Of a DNA stretch of 64,000 nucleotides, positions 63,829 to 64,000 are shown piece after piece. The stretch lies in contig NW_027590629.1 in NCBI RefSeq assembly GCF_964213995.1, forward strand, positions 1-64,000. Reading direction: 5' to 3'. Both the position numbers and the translations under genes were made by a program. Origin of the DNA: Mustelus asterias (Eukaryota). The notes under the pieces are model-generated. The model was not told where the DNA came from and did not search any database. It worked only from the letters and a program-made list of their open reading frames with translations. How positions within the stretch are numbered: position 1 is the first letter of the stretch; each line of letters starts with the position of its first letter.

Positions 63829-64000
63829 AAAATGCAGAATATAATTGGTGAAATAATTGTTTATCTGTATGAATCGATGTTAATTGGTGAACTGGAACAA
63901 CCCCGCCTGGGTATTCCCCTCTAAGACACTCATCAACCTGACTTGGACATATATTACCGCTCCTTTACTGTCCTTGGGTCGGAAGCCAGGAGAACCCTCC

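Overview
Eukaryotic genomic DNA from a cartilaginous fish, most likely a shark (inferred from shark-type IgM exons and RSS, CR1 LINEs with (AGAACAT/AGAACAA)n tails, and shark-type SINEs). The right half (about 30.7-56.5 kb, minus strand) is one complete IgM heavy-chain mini-cluster: leader, VH, JH, CH1-CH4 with secretory tail, TM1 and TM2, all with intact splice sites and frame. The VH has no 23-RSS. It runs into 31 nt of D-like/junctional sequence and then a 12-RSS, so it looks pre-joined in the germline (VDD-J) and needs only one D-to-J rearrangement; a flush join would be in frame. The J-CH1 intron holds a purine-rich repeat (on the transcribed strand) with switch-region-like motifs. The left half has a damaged 5' fragment of EMC4 with its CpG promoter, two frameshifted C2H2 zinc-finger genes, and degenerate tRNA-Val/tRNA-Arg genes in duplicated units. 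Transposons are dense: nested CR1s, Penelope-like elements carrying minimal hammerhead-ribozyme motifs, SINEs, an LTR-like element (one copy folded back) and a CR1 containing an inverted near-identical copy of itself just upstream of the Ig promoter. All calls were made by eye; repeat boundaries are approximate.
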